Numbered from the whole stretch's first letter, positions 1-12,384 are shown. The stretch: 61,445 nt of DNA, filler included, from Basidiobolus meristosporus CBS 931.73 (GCA_002104905.1; 4 parts of 4 records of this genome joined end to end with filler, not necessarily neighbours in it), one strand, 5' to 3'. Notes: generated by a model not told the origin, from the sequence alone. Translations and numbers: made by a program.

Positions 1-985
1 AGGTGACAACTTAAAATACTACAGTGACCATAAGGAAACCTGGATATTCATTGATATTTTGCTAATATTACTCACTTTTAGGACTTGAAATTGCTGTCTC
101 TATGCAAATATGAAGTGACAACCAAATATTACTGGCTTGGTACTTGCAGACATCCACCATACTTAAATTACTGCATCAAGTATCAAAGCTTCTATCCATC
201 ATATGCTAAACCTGCTCCATATTCTTGAGCATAAGACATCTATTACATTTACTGTTAGTGTTTTATTCTTGGAAGCTAGTTCATCAATGCTGCTTGCTTA
301 CAGATGTATTGTATATTAAGCTTACTACTGGATATTTGGCTGTGCTGGGTGCTTCAGTAAAGTTAATTTTGATTTGCAAATGTTGCAAGATTCCAGGATG
401 AACCAGAAAGATCTGGGGAATTTGAACAGTCAAGTGTTTTTCACTTGCTGTTTTTTGAGTTCAGATAAACCAATGATTTGTCTGGCGATAAACAATTGAA
501 CTAATAAGAGCAATGCTCTAAGGAAGGTCCCAGAAAGTGGTGTGCCAAGCTCAAGTGCATTTTCAAGAGCTTGAAGATACTGACAACTTCTATACCTTCA
601 CTGATTATCAGAGTTAGTCATTATCTTACAAACCTAGTACCAGGTTCAAACTCCATAGTCAGGCAATAAACCAAGTGCAATGTTTTGCTCTATGGAAGAT
701 TAAGGGTGAATTCAATTATTGCAGTCACCATATGAGCTCCCAAGTATACAAGCTCACTTCAATTAGATTCTTTGATATGTTTAGCCCAAATGATCAGCTA
801 TGCGGTAGTTTTGTGCCAACAAGAATTGATCTGTAACAAACTCTAGATTGATTTTTTGGTCAGAGCATGTTCAGATGCATGTCAATGATTGAATCTGCAC
901 AAACACTACACATAGCTTTATGGCCATAGGAGTAAAGGGCTTGGCTACAGGCCATCAGATTCTTTCTTTGCTACTCAGGATTAAT

Positions 986-1196
986 AGACTTGTTCCATTG
1001 TGCCATTGATCATAGTGCCAGAAAGTGCTGTATATTTTGTTATTAATTTGATATTTTAGGGTCATATGCATGTCAGTTTTGATCCCAAATTGGCACTGTA
1101 TGGCACTATCTGGCACTCTGTGGCATGATCAGGCACCATCTGGCATGCTATGGCACTATTGGGCACTATGATCAGCTGGAATGATGGAACAAGTCT
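986..1196. mobile_element. 211-bp MITE of the PIF/Harbinger-like family also present at 46951-49707
   Basis: Perfect 13-bp TIR AGACTTGTTCCAT...ATGGAACAAGTCT, AAT on both flanks (3-bp TSD), internal TGGCACT subterminal repeats. Confidence 0.85.
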
Positions 1197-1399
1197 AATG
1201 TATAAAAGTTTCATGCCTTGTATTGAATTTAGTATTCTGTTCAGACTTATCTTTGTAAACTATATGCAATAGAGATCTCTGATATTGAGATTGCTGGAAT
1301 GATGTAATAAGTAAACTCTTTGCAATTTAACAGTCTTAGCTTCTCTGTTAGCAATACTGAATTTCCAGTAGCTGTGTACTTTGTGATGAGAACAGTGTG

Positions 1400-1751
1400 C
1401 CAATAGTTTTGCACAAATACAAACCTAATCCCAGAGTGGTTAGGAGAACAAGTAGACAATGTGGCTTTGACTTAGTAGTTGACTGAATGTATAAGAAGTA
1501 CTCCTACTTTTACATGGTTTTGACAATGCAAACATGTAGAATATGTTTAGGAAGGTCCCAAGTACATGTGTGAATGTTTAGGGCTCTCTGGGCAACTTTG
1601 ATAATTCCAGTGTTCTGGATACCTGATGTTCTTGGTGAAAATATTTCAAGTCCTATAAGGAATTTGGTCAGTGCTCACCATGACTTGAAGGTAATGATCT
1701 AAGTGACTATGATATGTGAATATTTAGGTGGAATTACCAATTTTGACAACA
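1400..1751 (-). mobile_element. Degenerate Ty1/Copia LTR (family of 50639-50987); left boundary approximate
   Basis: Reverse complement aligns by eye with the intact LTR (e.g. GGAAGGTCCCAAG, GGTGAAAATATT, GAATATTTAGGTGG); ends ...GACAACA. Confidence 0.75.
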
Positions 1752-3574
1752 GCCAAACACCAAAATCCTAAACATAGGCACTTGGGAGCTTTTGAATATA
1801 CTTTGCATAGTTTTCTTGTTGGCACCATGCAAATATATACACACTACTTCTACCATATAATAGTCATTCAGCAAGTACTGCAAAATCTACTTGTTCTGTT
1901 TATCACTTTAAATATCTCTGGAGCTCTTATGACACCATCTCCACAGGATTTAGAACTTTACAATAACAACTTACCACAACTGTTATGAGGCTGAGCGCAT
2001 TTAGATGGCCTCCCAATGATCAGCTTGTAGCTGTATGGTGACCATGTGGTGCTAGGCTGCTTTTACTGGGATTCTGCAAGTCTCTGGTCATAACCAGCAT
2101 TAGAGTGATGCTTGCAATGTTGTTATACTCCCCCTTTCAGACAATCTAGCACTTGAAATGCCACTTATAGTCTGCTGTATTAGATGGTATCCTACAAAGA
2201 GTGATTGAGAAAAGCCTGCAAAGTACCATCAGAATATCAGGTGAATTCTTAGATTCACAGTACCAACAACTCTTAATATCTTGTGCGTTGGTTGTGGGGC
2301 AGACCAGCAGATAAACTTTCAAGGAGGAGACTATGACAAGTGGTATTCATACCAAATTTGGTAATGAACTGCTCACTACTGCTATCAAAGATTACAACTG
2401 AAAATTTGAAGGAAAAACATAGGGTCAATACAAGCAAAATACTACTGGAACACCAGCACAATGATGGCTAAAATTCAGATGAATTTCAAGTCTGAGGTTT
2501 TTCATAGTAGAATTTTGCTGGCATTTAGCTGGTAATCTCCCTTGGTATTCCTGATTGTAAGTCTAAATGAAAGTAACACTTTTTTCCAGTTGATAGTGCC
2601 AAAGAGCACTATCCAGTGTATAGAGGCAGATCTATACAGCACTTTGTGGAATATTATGACATGGTAAAAAACTGAAAAAACCAATACTCCATGCTTCAAT
2701 TCTAGCATATTCAAAATATTAACAAAAATATTAAGCTATGCTTCAATGCAAAGGTTAGGTGCCGTACCATCCCAGTTGGACAACCAAGACAATGAATAAG
2801 TTATATACCTTGCAAGCTGCTTTACACAAAAATTAAGAAAAACAACCTGAGTCTCATCTAAAAAAGCTTACACTAGTGCAGGTGGTGGAGCATATTTGGT
2901 AATACTTGTCAGGATGGAGATTTCAAATGCATACCAGCCATAAGGCCCCACTATATATGCTTAGTCTGCTAAAGCCAATTGTTGGAATAGCCCACTGTGA
3001 AAATATACTGATGGAGAAAAATTTCATAACTTACCATTTTAGAGCAAAGAGAACCCCAGCTGATTGCTTGCCAAGCTTATTTCAAGAGGTCAAAGTAATT
3101 GCAACAAAAATATGCACTATGTTAAAGGAAAAAAGTAAAAAAAGCAACATCCAAGGACCATTATAATCTTATCACTATATGACCCTACTGCTTTTATGAG
3201 CAGAAAAGTTGGTAAAAACTACACAATGAGAATCAGAAGTAATATCCAAAGACTTGGTGAAAAATTCTAGGAGGTGTTGCCAGAAGGGTAGAAAAAGAAG
3301 TGGTGCAAGAAACCCATCATCAACATCACTGGGCTGCATATACCTGGCATCTAGTAAGGCAAAAATACACTGTACCACCCCTATACAGAAGAGTATAAGA
3401 AATTGCTCAGGAATACACACTACATATAAGATATCAGAATAATCTACATACAACTCACCTGGATCAAGATCATAATGCATGCAACTGGCCATTAAAAGTC
3501 CTAGGAATTCACTTCATGGAACCAATCAAACTACAAACCACAGAAGCAATATATACTAGTATTTTTGGACCACA

Positions 3575-4000
3575 CTACCAATGCAGAAGTTAACATTGAG
3601 TAAATTTTTGTGTGTTGGTGTAGTTTAAGTGACTCTAGATGAGGTTATTTTGTGATCACAAGAGCAAATCAGCAACAAACTATGTGTATTTCTTATTGCT
3701 AGCACTGGCTTAGATGTAAGTCCAATTGTTAATGAACACACTAATAACAAAATAAGCATAAGCATTACCTTACCATATAATGTAATGTACTATTGGCAAT
3801 TTAGCAGGACAGAAGAGAGTACAGGCAGTGGCACATCACATGTGACTCTATTGTTTAGGTTTGGTGAACTTTGTGTGACTGCTGCAAATATATCTTCAAA
3901 ACATAATGTATCATAGAGCTCAAGAGCTATATTTGGTCAGATGAAATTTAATGATGTATTTCTATTTCCATCTATGGATGCATATATTTTCCTTGGTTTG
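3575..4000 (-). repeat. Decayed inverted copy of tRNA-island spacers (3575-3735 = 20035->19875; 3735-4000 = 20350->20105)
   Basis: Long by-eye alignments, e.g. GTGACTCTAGATGAGGTTATTTTGTGATCACAAGAG vs GTGACTCGAGATGAAATTATTTTGTGATCACAAGAG and CATTACCTTACCATATAATGTAATGTAC vs CATTACCTTACCACGTAATGTAATGTAC. Confidence 0.85.
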
Positions 4001-4149
4001 TTACAATACTCACCACTAAGGGCTTTACACTCAAGTGCAAATTACAATCTAGACTCAGCTAAGCAATATAGTATTTATTAGCCAGCTCAAGGTACTGTCA
4101 GTACAGCTCTTGCCTAGATCCCAGAACATCCTTATTGACCCTTGAGAAC

Positions 4150-5810
4150 TCCTAATACCTTCCAAGACTTGAAAATAGCAAAACAGACATGTCTCACCCC
4201 AAATTTGAGTTGGTCAAAGATATGGAAGCATACATTGATCAGATGGAGGAGTAATTATTACGACTATCTATATCTAGCACAGAGCCAGTGAACAGACCAG
4301 TTGTAGGAATGCATTGAAACTAGCAAAACCAAATACTTTTGATGGAACCAAGAAGGCAATGATATTTGTATCTTGGATCTTTGAGATGGAACAATATCTT
4401 GCTTTTCAAACAAACCTGTAGTATTGAAAATCCAGTATGCAAGCTCCTTTTTGTGAAAAGAAGCAGCACTATGGTGGAAACCCCATAACCAAGGAATTGG
4501 TTGTAGAATACACCCAATTATTGTCACCTGGGACATATTCACCATGGGCTTACAAAAACAACTTATACCCTTCCACTTTGTACAGAATGCCTGTGATAAG
4601 TTGCACATACTAAAGCAAACAAAATCCATAACAGAGAACTACCAACAATTGAATCTGACAATGCTTAAGATTCCTGAAATGCCAGATACTAAACAGAAAG
4701 AATACTACCTCCGAGGACTCTGGCCTCAAATGTGACAAGCAGTAAAATTTCAGGACCCAAAACTCTCATCATTGCCATGACAATTGCAGAACAATATGAC
4801 TCAATCCACTTTAAGCCCTGCAATTACACTCCATGCCAGAAACCTTATACCCACCTCACCAAAAATATTAATAACCTCAGTAACTCATATGTAACTTTCA
4901 GAGTACCCAGTGTGGCCCCTATGAACCTTGATGTATCAGCTTTGTAGTGTTGAAGCAATATTTCAAAAGAAGAATGCCCTCACAAAGGACTGTGATTTTA
5001 TTGCAAAGAACATGGACATCTGATAGACAACTGTCAAAAGCACCTGCCAAACTAAAACCTGTTACCACAAATACAAATACTAAGACACAAACTACACACC
5101 CACTAACAATAGCAGACAATACCAGCCCATCTCTGACACTCAAATTGATGACATTAGATGAATTTATCTGCAGAAGCCTTGTCAGAGTATTGCTAGATAG
5201 TGGCACTGTAGATATATGCATAGCTGATGAATTGGTCACAAAATTCAACATTGAAAAGTACAGTACAAACCATTGATAATTCAATACAGCCAAAACTCTG
5301 TAACAAGTGAACCACCAAACTGTCCCTCAAAAGCTATCATTAGATAGTCTTGTATCTGAGATATTGCCAACAACCATCCCACAGGCTAAGCTTGATATCA
5401 ACCTGGGACAAAGTTGGCACTTAAAGTACAATGCAGAAATTGATTGGTATAGCCAGGAAGTCATGATCTACTAAGACAACCAATTCATCACATTAAGACC
5501 ATAAACAACCCTGCTGTCCCTGTTGGTAAACCCCAGATACCAACTATTAAAGAAGCAGAATACAAAGGCATGTGAACAAGCCAGTCCAAAGCCTAGACAT
5601 GGAGTTGTACATGAACAAACACATAGAATGCAAAAAAATGTCACCAAAGGAAGTGATGGAGATTTTCAACAGCACAGATATCTTAAAGGATGTGATGGTG
5701 AGCATGCACTATGTGGGGAGGAGTATACTGGAAATGCCCATAGCTTAGGGCAGGCAAGGCAAATAATATGCTATGCACATTACCCAAAGTAGGACTACAA
5801 AAAGACAGAT
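4150..5810 (+). mobile_element. Degenerate Ty3/Gypsy gag-protease relic related to the intact element at 12075-17452
   Basis: Broken frames resemble [16 protein letters not shown] of the intact Gag; ORF 4947..5276 contains the protease motif VLLDSGTVDICI; many stops. Confidence 0.75.
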
Positions 5811-7230
5811 TCCAAATACATACCAACCTACACCTTATATAGTGCTTTGTGTATAGCACACTGGATTATGCTAAATGGGTGGGACCAACAAGAATCTCTT
5901 AAGAGGCCAAGATGGACCAGATTATCTTGCAACCAATATGTATTGCAATGGGAGTGAGCAGATTGGCACCATCACAATTACTCTGAAAAATATGCAACCT
6001 GCCGTCAATGAGCCTACTATTGGCCTGGAGAAGAGCCAAATTCATGAGTAGGTACCCTTACACACTCAGAGACCATTTGAGTCATTGGATAAACAGACAT
6101 GCTAAAGGGCACATATTGGTCCACACCACACTGAGTGATCTTGCAAGATGACTAATATGGCAAAGCAAAGGCAGGAAGAAACTGGCAACCTTAAAATTAA
6201 GATGTACAAGAGGCATGGAGCAAACTACCAATTGGCAAAGTAGCTAGGTTGGATGGGAAAACAATAGAAATACCACAATTTCTGGACTGGGACAAGAAAC
6301 TCAGTAAGAAATTTGCCAAAACCATTTCAATACTAGTACAGAAAGCATTGGAATTAGGATATACACCCTCCAATTGAGGACTAGTATAATTTCTACCTCT
6401 ATACAAGAGAAAAGGGGATAAAAAAATATTGTAAACCACCATCTAATATTACTATTTAACATACTAAGATAGCTATTTGAAAAAAGAGCCAAACTATGTA
6501 CAGCAGACCAATCTTGATCAATTAGACATTATGCAAGGAGGATTCCAAAAAAGGCAGGGTACACTAGATTGATTAGTAAGCTTCCAGTATAGTTTGCAAC
6601 ATTTAAACATAAACAATGGAAATATACAAATAATACTACTGGACATTGTGACAGCATTTGACCCCACAAACAGACAAATGTTATGGAAGATATGCCAAGG
6701 AAAAGGACTTGCATGGTGCTCACCAGAGTAATGGCTAGCCTGTACAACCAATGTGATATCTGGATAATAGTAGACAGGAACTTAACTGAAGCAGTAGACA
6801 ACCAGGTGGGTATACTGCAGGGATCACTACTGAGCCCCCTGCAATTTGGGAAATTTTGGATGCTTTACTGGAACACCTGAGGTGCTGAGAGGATGGCCTA
6901 CAAATCCATCACAACCTACACATCAATGCTAAACTATATGTGGACAATGTGATATGTATAGTGCAATGGGATAAGGCACAAGACTTCCTACACAAATGTG
7001 AATTGCATTCAGCACAGAATGTATACAAAAGGAAGCCAGAAAAATGTATTGTATACAACAGGAAGATATAGGAGGTGAGGGGCTCACAATCAATAATACC
7101 CCAATACCAGTGGACAATAAGGCAGTGTACCATGGGGCATTCATAGATAAGCAAGGATTGATTGTAAGCAACAGATAAAGCTCAGGGCTACCAAGGCAAA
7201 TAATATATTATGCATACTATACAAAGTAAG
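5810..7230 (+). mobile_element. Degenerate non-LTR retrotransposon (LINE) reverse-transcriptase relic
   Basis: ORF 6683..6880 contains GILQGSLLSPL (LINE RT QGxxLSP motif); surrounding frames interrupted. Confidence 0.7.
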
Positions 7231-7231
7231 A

Positions 7232-7480
7232 TTATGCAAAGGAGGCATCATGTTGCATATTTTGTGGACAGTTTTGAGTTAGGTGGCCAACTTTTTTGTA
7301 TCTGTTGCAGATGGGAGGTGGATTTTTCCATCTGATGGTTATCATTATTTCCATAATGTGGGGACATTGGGGTATGTTGTGTAACATGTCCATGCTTTGA
7401 CTGATGTCCAGGATTGCCCTAGCAGTACCCATGGTGATTAGTGTATTGGGATAAACATGTTTTTTGATAGCACTGTAGTG
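7232..7480 (-). pseudogene. Retroelement ORF1/gag relic with decayed zinc knuckle
   Basis: WKNPPPICNRYKKVGHLTQNCP = CX2CX4HX4C with second Cys decayed to Tyr. Confidence 0.55.
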
Positions 7481-7481
7481 G

Positions 7482-8277
7482 TATAGGGGTACTCCTGGGA
7501 GAAGCTACACAACTCAAGGTATATAAGGTGTCTGATGGGTGCATTAACCTCTGGGTTTAAACTGCTGCTGTCTTTGTAAATTTGTCGCTATGATAAATGC
7601 TCCTGCTTCACTAGCTTCCTAGTTGCTCCAAGTGTCTCCAAAGGCCTCTGTGTGTCTTGTGTACTCCCCTAAAAGCTCCTTGATGACAAGTCCAGGATGT
7701 AACTGTATAAAGTAGGTGCAGTCATCACCTGCATATCAATAAGGGAGAAGTGCTACTGATAAAAGGGATGATTTACTGAGGAGAGGTTGACTTCCATCAA
7801 GTACTTTTCCTGATTGCTAAGTGACTACTAATGACAAGGTTCTAGAAGATTCCAGGCATCAGTGGAAATCTTGATGACATTGCTGAAAGCTAAAAATACT
7901 CCAAGAAGGTCCTAGAAGGTTCTAAAAGGCACAGCACATCCAACCAATTGGGGATCAGTAGTCTCAAACCTGTGTACCACAGAAATACCATATATGGGAT
8001 TGTAATGGTAGGGATGGTAACAGAGACTTAGGCCATGTATCATGGGTACTGACATAAGTACTTGCCTAATGTAGATATATATACCAATCACAAAACTGAA
8101 TAACATTTGGGATAACTAATGTTAATAACTAATCAGGGTAAACATCATACGAGGACAATACTGATAATATGGGCAAAAGAAGAATGGGATAATACAGATA
8201 AGATAAAATATGGATAAGTGCATCATAATTGCTGTATGGATAAACTTATCTGTGGGAGGTATGCTTACCCTACCACA
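7482..8277 (-). mobile_element. LTR of the family also found at 32968-33619 and ending at 44156
   Basis: Long inverse alignment with 32968-33619 (e.g. CCCATTCTTCTTTTGCCCATATTATCAGTATT) and direct similarity to 43690-43950; no clear TSD here. Confidence 0.7.
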
Positions 8278-8867
8278 GCATTAATTTCTCCATATGTGTG
8301 GAGAAAAGGTCTTAGGTGCTCAGTTGGTTGAGGTATGGACCAAAGTGAAAGATCTGATAAGTGCAAGATAAGCAGATGTTCATTTGTTTAATATATTTGT
8401 TGGAAAGGAATAATAACATTGTTCCATTCAAAAGTGTTGTTAGAAAGATTTTCCATAATATCAGGATGAGAGAAGGCAATAAGGCAACAAGATGGGTTGT
8501 GGTTGAACTTGATTCCAGTTATTTGGTTTGGGACAGTTGCTGACATCCAATTGATAATCTCATTAGGTGATAAGTGGCTTAGCAAAGTTGTATCAAGGCT
8601 TATGGAGTGTTCAGTGTTTGCTTATAAGATTGGCTCATAGCTAGCAATATCACTGGTCATTGTGGAACAAGGAAAAGGTGGCTTGTGATAATTGTGTGCA
8701 ACAATTTGAGATCAGACTGGATTGGGGGGTAGAGGTGAAGCAATTTGTTCATTTGCTGAACTGGTGGTGGACATTTATGTACTCTCATAAAAAGGCCATT
8801 GCCCACACCACCAGGTATCATCAGACCCAGTCTTCAACTAAACCTATCATCCAAATAGCCAAAAAAA

Positions 8868-8939
8868 ATCTCAAACTGGGAATTGAACTCAAATCTCCTG
8901 TGTGACAGGCAGGGATCCTTACCACTATACTATCTGAGA
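8868..8939 (-). pseudogene. tRNA-Asp(GTC) pseudogene
   Basis: Aligns full length to the intact gene at 19440-19511 with 11 differences; 9 are C>T/G>A and all 5 CpGs are destroyed; flank 8776-8867 matches 19512-19600 inverted. Confidence 0.9.
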
Positions 8940-9312
8940 GGGGAATGACTGTTCACTCTTGTGCCTAGTCATTCAACCACATCTTTTATAGGCACTGTCA
9001 CACAGATTCAAGACAGGATGAAACTAGAGGGATGCCACCCACTAAATCAAAGACAGGAAGGTTTACAATCCAAAACAGAAGAGGTAACAGAACACATGCA
9101 ATGCTCCAAATGGAATATGTTTGACTCCATAAGACTGGATGGAACAGAGGCTAGAATAAAGCCAAAACATATATTTGACAATCCAAAAAAACAGTAAAAT
9201 TCAGATGCCAAGCATCAGTACCAGGAGCCAGAAACAAAAGGGAAATATGCAACTGTACATACAGCAAAAACACAATAATGCCAATCCTTAAAAAGTACAA
9301 AAAAAGAAAACA

Positions 9313-10386
9313 TTGTTGGAAATTAAAAATAAAAAACAAAGTAACAACTGGAATCAAGAGGAAGAGACAGTCCAGGAAACAGAAGGAACAGGGACCATTT
9401 CAGAAGAGACAGACCACAAGTATAGTGGACCAACACAGATACAAGGAAACAACAAGAATATAAACTATAGGGAACCATGGGAGGCAAGAGGGAAGACAGA
9501 GGAAAGGGAGTTGATGGTAACTCTGACAAAACTAAACTGGCAGGGAGAGAAGGAGGGAAACAGACTGATAGAAAACGGGGAAAAGGAGATAATCAACAGA
9601 GAGAGGATGGAAAAAGAGCAACCAGTACAACAGAAAAGTCCCATCTGGTACACAACCCTACAATGGAATGTAGAAGGAGAAGGGGAAGAGCAAAGGAACG
9701 AGGTCACTACCAAGGAAGGAACAAGAATGTGGGAAAGAATCAGGGAGATAGAAAAGCAAATGGGCAAGTTAGCAAAGGAACTAGAGGAGATAAACAAAGG
9801 GATCAGTAAAGGGAACCCTATGAAGGGCGAAAATGATATAAAGAGGGGACACAGGAAGGATACAGAGGAATTCTCAACAAGAGCTGGAGAAGTTGAGACC
9901 ACATCAATATACGCCGAAACACTCAAAAAAACGTCATCGACAAATATAATGAGAAAGACACCAGCAACAAGCATCCACCAGGATGGAAATCTGGGCAATC
10001 AACAGAAACTACAAAACAGGCTGCGAGAGCTCAAGAAGACAAACAAAACCTCTCCAACTCAAAATCTAAACATGGAATCGTGCATGAACAAACATATAGA
10101 ATGTACAGAAAAATCGTTAAAGGAGGTAATGGAAATTTTCAACAGTACGGGTATCACTAAAGACATGATCGTGAACATGCACTACGTTGGAAGGAGTATA
10201 CTGGAAATACTTATCCCCGTAGAGCACATTCTGATAGTGGAAAAAACACTGGGGGAGGCGGATCTCAAGCTCAAGGACCCACCAAATCCTTGCATAACAC
10301 AGGGAATGGGTGCAAGATTCCAACACATGAATTCAGAGGAAAAAAGAGAGTGCGCCAGGGAGCTGGCACAAAACAGAATCAAATGA
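9313..10386 (+). CDS. LINE ORF1-like protein (true start uncertain, 5' part decayed)
   Basis: 357-aa open frame, A-rich coding strand, coiled-coil-like MWERIREIEKQMGKLAKELEEINKG, directly upstream of the APE ORF. Confidence 0.55.
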   Translation: MLEIKNKKQSNNWNQEEETVQETEGTGTISEETDHKYSGPTQIQGNNKNINYREPWEARGKTEERELMVTLTKLNWQGEKEGNRLIENGEKEIINRERMEKEQPVQQKSPIWYTTLQWNVEGEGEEQRNEVTTKEGTRMWERIREIEKQMGKLAKELEEINKGISKGNPMKGENDIKRGHRKDTEEFSTRAGEVETTSIYAETLKKTSSTNIMRKTPATSIHQDGNLGNQQKLQNRLRELKKTNKTSPTQNLNMESCMNKHIECTEKSLKEVMEIFNSTGITKDMIVNMHYVGRSILEILIPVEHILIVEKTLGEADLKLKDPPNPCITQGMGARFQHMNSEEKRECARELAQNRIK

Positions 10387-10534
10387 CAGATTTTCTGGGA
10401 CAACGTAGCTGGTAGATGGTACTGGTGGTACGCAAAAACCTTAGGACTGGAAACGGGCAACCTTGAGAAATGCACAACAGAGAACCAAAGTAGACAACAA
10501 AACAAACAGGAGAATCGATTGAATCAAAGATTGT

Positions 10535-11041
10535 AAAATAGTTTTTGCCAATCTGAATGGGGCAAGAAATAAGATGAGTTAAATTAACAATTTTTTGGAC
10601 GTCCACAATGTCGACCTAGTTATGGTAAATGAAACGTGGTTGGTTCATTGTCCTAGGAGCTATTTCCAGGACAGACTAATACTACACAAACCGGCAAAAA
10701 CACCAAAAAAAGAAGGAGATGGGGGACGACCAAACGGCGGAATGATAATCCTCAGAAAGAGCATATTAAAACAACCAATCTGTCAAATGGAGTATGACCA
10801 TCCGGATTGCGACGAAGTAATAGTGCAAGTGGGAGACACAACAATATCGTTTAATTACCTCAAACCCACAGATAACAAGGAATTACTGAAGGAACAATTC
10901 ACACACAACGGAAATAACAAAAACCCAAATATATGGTTGGGTGATTTCAACGCAAGACTAGGAGAACTTGCCAACGATAGCAGAAGTAACAAAAAGGGGA
11001 CGGCGCTTAGAAAAATAATGACACAATACGCACTTAATAGA
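10535..11041 (+). pseudogene. LINE ORF2 N-terminal APE endonuclease, disrupted and truncated
   Basis: KIVFANLNG...*INNFLDVHNVDLVMVNETW...GGMIIL...NYLKP...IWLGDFNARLG; in-frame TAA at 10580-10582; ends before the C-terminal DH motif and RT. Confidence 0.85.
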
Positions 11042-11072
11042 GCGGGGATACTTACCACTATACTATCTGAGA
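11042..11072 (-). pseudogene. 5' 31-nt fragment of tRNA-Asp(GTC)
   Basis: Exact reverse complement of 19440-19470; the rest of the gene is replaced by LINE sequence. Confidence 0.9.
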
Positions 11073-11519
11073 AGATATCTATCAAGTGAAATATTTAATT
11101 TATAACGCACACTATTTAATACTTGGTAAAGCATATTAGGGAGGCTATTGGGCTGGCAAAAACAATTTGAACAATTAGCCTACGTATGAAAATACATTTT
11201 CCCCTCTCCCACCCATCTATGATGTGTGTCAATTTCCCCCAGCTGCACAGTGTATATCTTCTGACTCAGTAAAAACATACACACGATATTTACTACACAA
11301 TAAAATGGGTATATTGCTGCAACGTTGTTGGCCTTTGATTGTACATTGATTAGATTGAATTCAATAAAAATCACAATTTCTACTTTGAGCACTGATTGAC
11401 AAATAAGCGCTAAAATGGATTTACTCATGAATAAAGTACCATACAAGTGACCATCCGACTTCCATTCAACACCCTGCCCCCTACTCCAACTAAATACTGC
11501 ACACAGAAAAAGGTAAAAA

Positions 11520-11593
11520 TGCTCACAGCAGGGGTCGAACCTGCAACCTTGGCGTTATTAGCACCACGCTCTAACCAACTGAGCTATGCGAGC
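11520..11593 (-). tRNA. tRNA-Ile(AAT), left-arm copy
   Basis: Cloverleaf GCTCGCA..TGTGAGCA, anticodon loop CT-AAT-AA, GGTTCGAC T-loop; one CpG transition vs 18921-18994. Confidence 0.93.
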
Positions 11594-11598
11594 ATATA

Positions 11599-11680
11599 CG
11601 ACAACAGCAGGATTTGAACCTGCGCGGGCAGAGCCCATATGATTTCTAGTCATACGCCTTAACCACTCGGCCATATTGTC
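11599..11680 (-). tRNA. tRNA-Ser(AGA), left-arm copy
   Basis: GACAATA..TGTTGTCG, loop CT-AGA-AA, long variable arm; identical to 18834-18915. Confidence 0.95.
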
Positions 11681-11785
11681 TGATATATCAATCCTTCTCT
11701 CTTTAAATATATGACTAAACATTTAACATGATCTTATTTAATAAAGTATGTTGAAGCTATTGTTTTCTAAAAATCGCAGAAAATT

Positions 11786-11857
11786 AGGTCTCGCCGAGAA
11801 TCGAACTCGGATTACAGGATTCAAAGTCCTGGGTGCTAACCATTACACCACGAAACC
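11786..11857 (-). tRNA. tRNA-Gln(TTG), left-arm copy
   Basis: GGTTTCG..CGAGACCT, CAGGA-CT-TTG-AA-TCCTG; identical to 18657-18728. Confidence 0.95.
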
Positions 11858-11982
11858 AGCAACTACCTGTTATAAGCTAATCTATATTATACTACTTACT
11901 CACTCATAATCTTGCATTAAATATTTATTTCTGTAGCCCGCCAATGAAGAATACAATGAAGGGGCTGTGAACCAAAAAGGAT

Positions 11983-12065
11983 TGGTAACAGTGAGATTTG
12001 AACTCACACCTCTTACGAGACCGCAACTTGAGTGCGGCGCCTTAGACCAACTTGGCCATGTTACC
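11983..12065 (-). tRNA. tRNA-Leu(CAA), left-arm copy with three CpG transitions
   Basis: GGTAACA..TGTTACCA, CGCA-CT-CAA-GT-TGCG, variable arm; differs from 18449-18531 at three former CpGs. Confidence 0.88.
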
Positions 12066-12074
12066 GTATATTAC

Positions 12075-12384
12075 TGTTATGAATCAAGGGCAAGCGGAGG
12101 AGGACCGGAGGATGTCCAATACGGATCAGAGAGGTTATCTGAATAGTTGATGAACCGGTAAAAGGTTGATGCTTTATTGATAGTGCTCAAAGGCGTTTAT
12201 ATAGAGATAGCCTCGGAGGGAGAGCTTCCGATAACATAGGGCAAGCTTCCAAAAGGAGGGTTCAAGATGTATTAAATAACGTGTGTATCACTGAGTGCGA
12301 TTGATTGTCTGTGTGCAATTCCAGGTGTTCGATCAGTAGTGTTCAAGTGATCGGTAGTGACTAGTTAGGATTTAAATCATAACA
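12075..12384 (-). repeat. 3' LTR of the Gypsy element
   Basis: TG...CA with 8-bp terminal inverted repeat; 7 differences from 17143-17452 by eye. Confidence 0.95.

Larger units (their letters stand above)
8940..11041 (+). mobile_element. 3'-truncated APE-endonuclease LINE inserted at tRNA-Asp, flanked by a 31-bp direct duplication
   Basis: ORF1 plus start of ORF2 with APE motifs; flanks 8909-8939 and 11042-11072 are 29/31 identical and equal the 5' 31 nt of tRNA-Asp on the minus strand. Confidence 0.8.
11042..12074 (-). repeat. Left arm of a 1.03-kb inverted repeat (partner 18440-19470)
   Basis: Reverse complement of the right arm; by eye 5 substitutions and 2 homopolymer indels; mirrored ORFs 11180..11446 and 19067..19396 confirm it. 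Confidence 0.95.

Noticed and set aside
1-3500. CpG-free DNA with many short ORFs, including a weak Gypsy RNase H-like stretch in 2906..3166
   Set aside because: Probably TE-derived but too decayed to classify, apart from the MITE and the LTR
9465-9998. Hydrophobic minus-strand ORFs (also 10855..11085)
   Set aside because: Antisense shadows of the A-rich LINE coding strand
11180-11446. Duplicated ORF MYGTLFMSKS... (also 19067..19396)
   Set aside because: Identity only reflects the inverted repeat; AT-rich tRNA spacer, frames diverge at a homopolymer, no homology recognised
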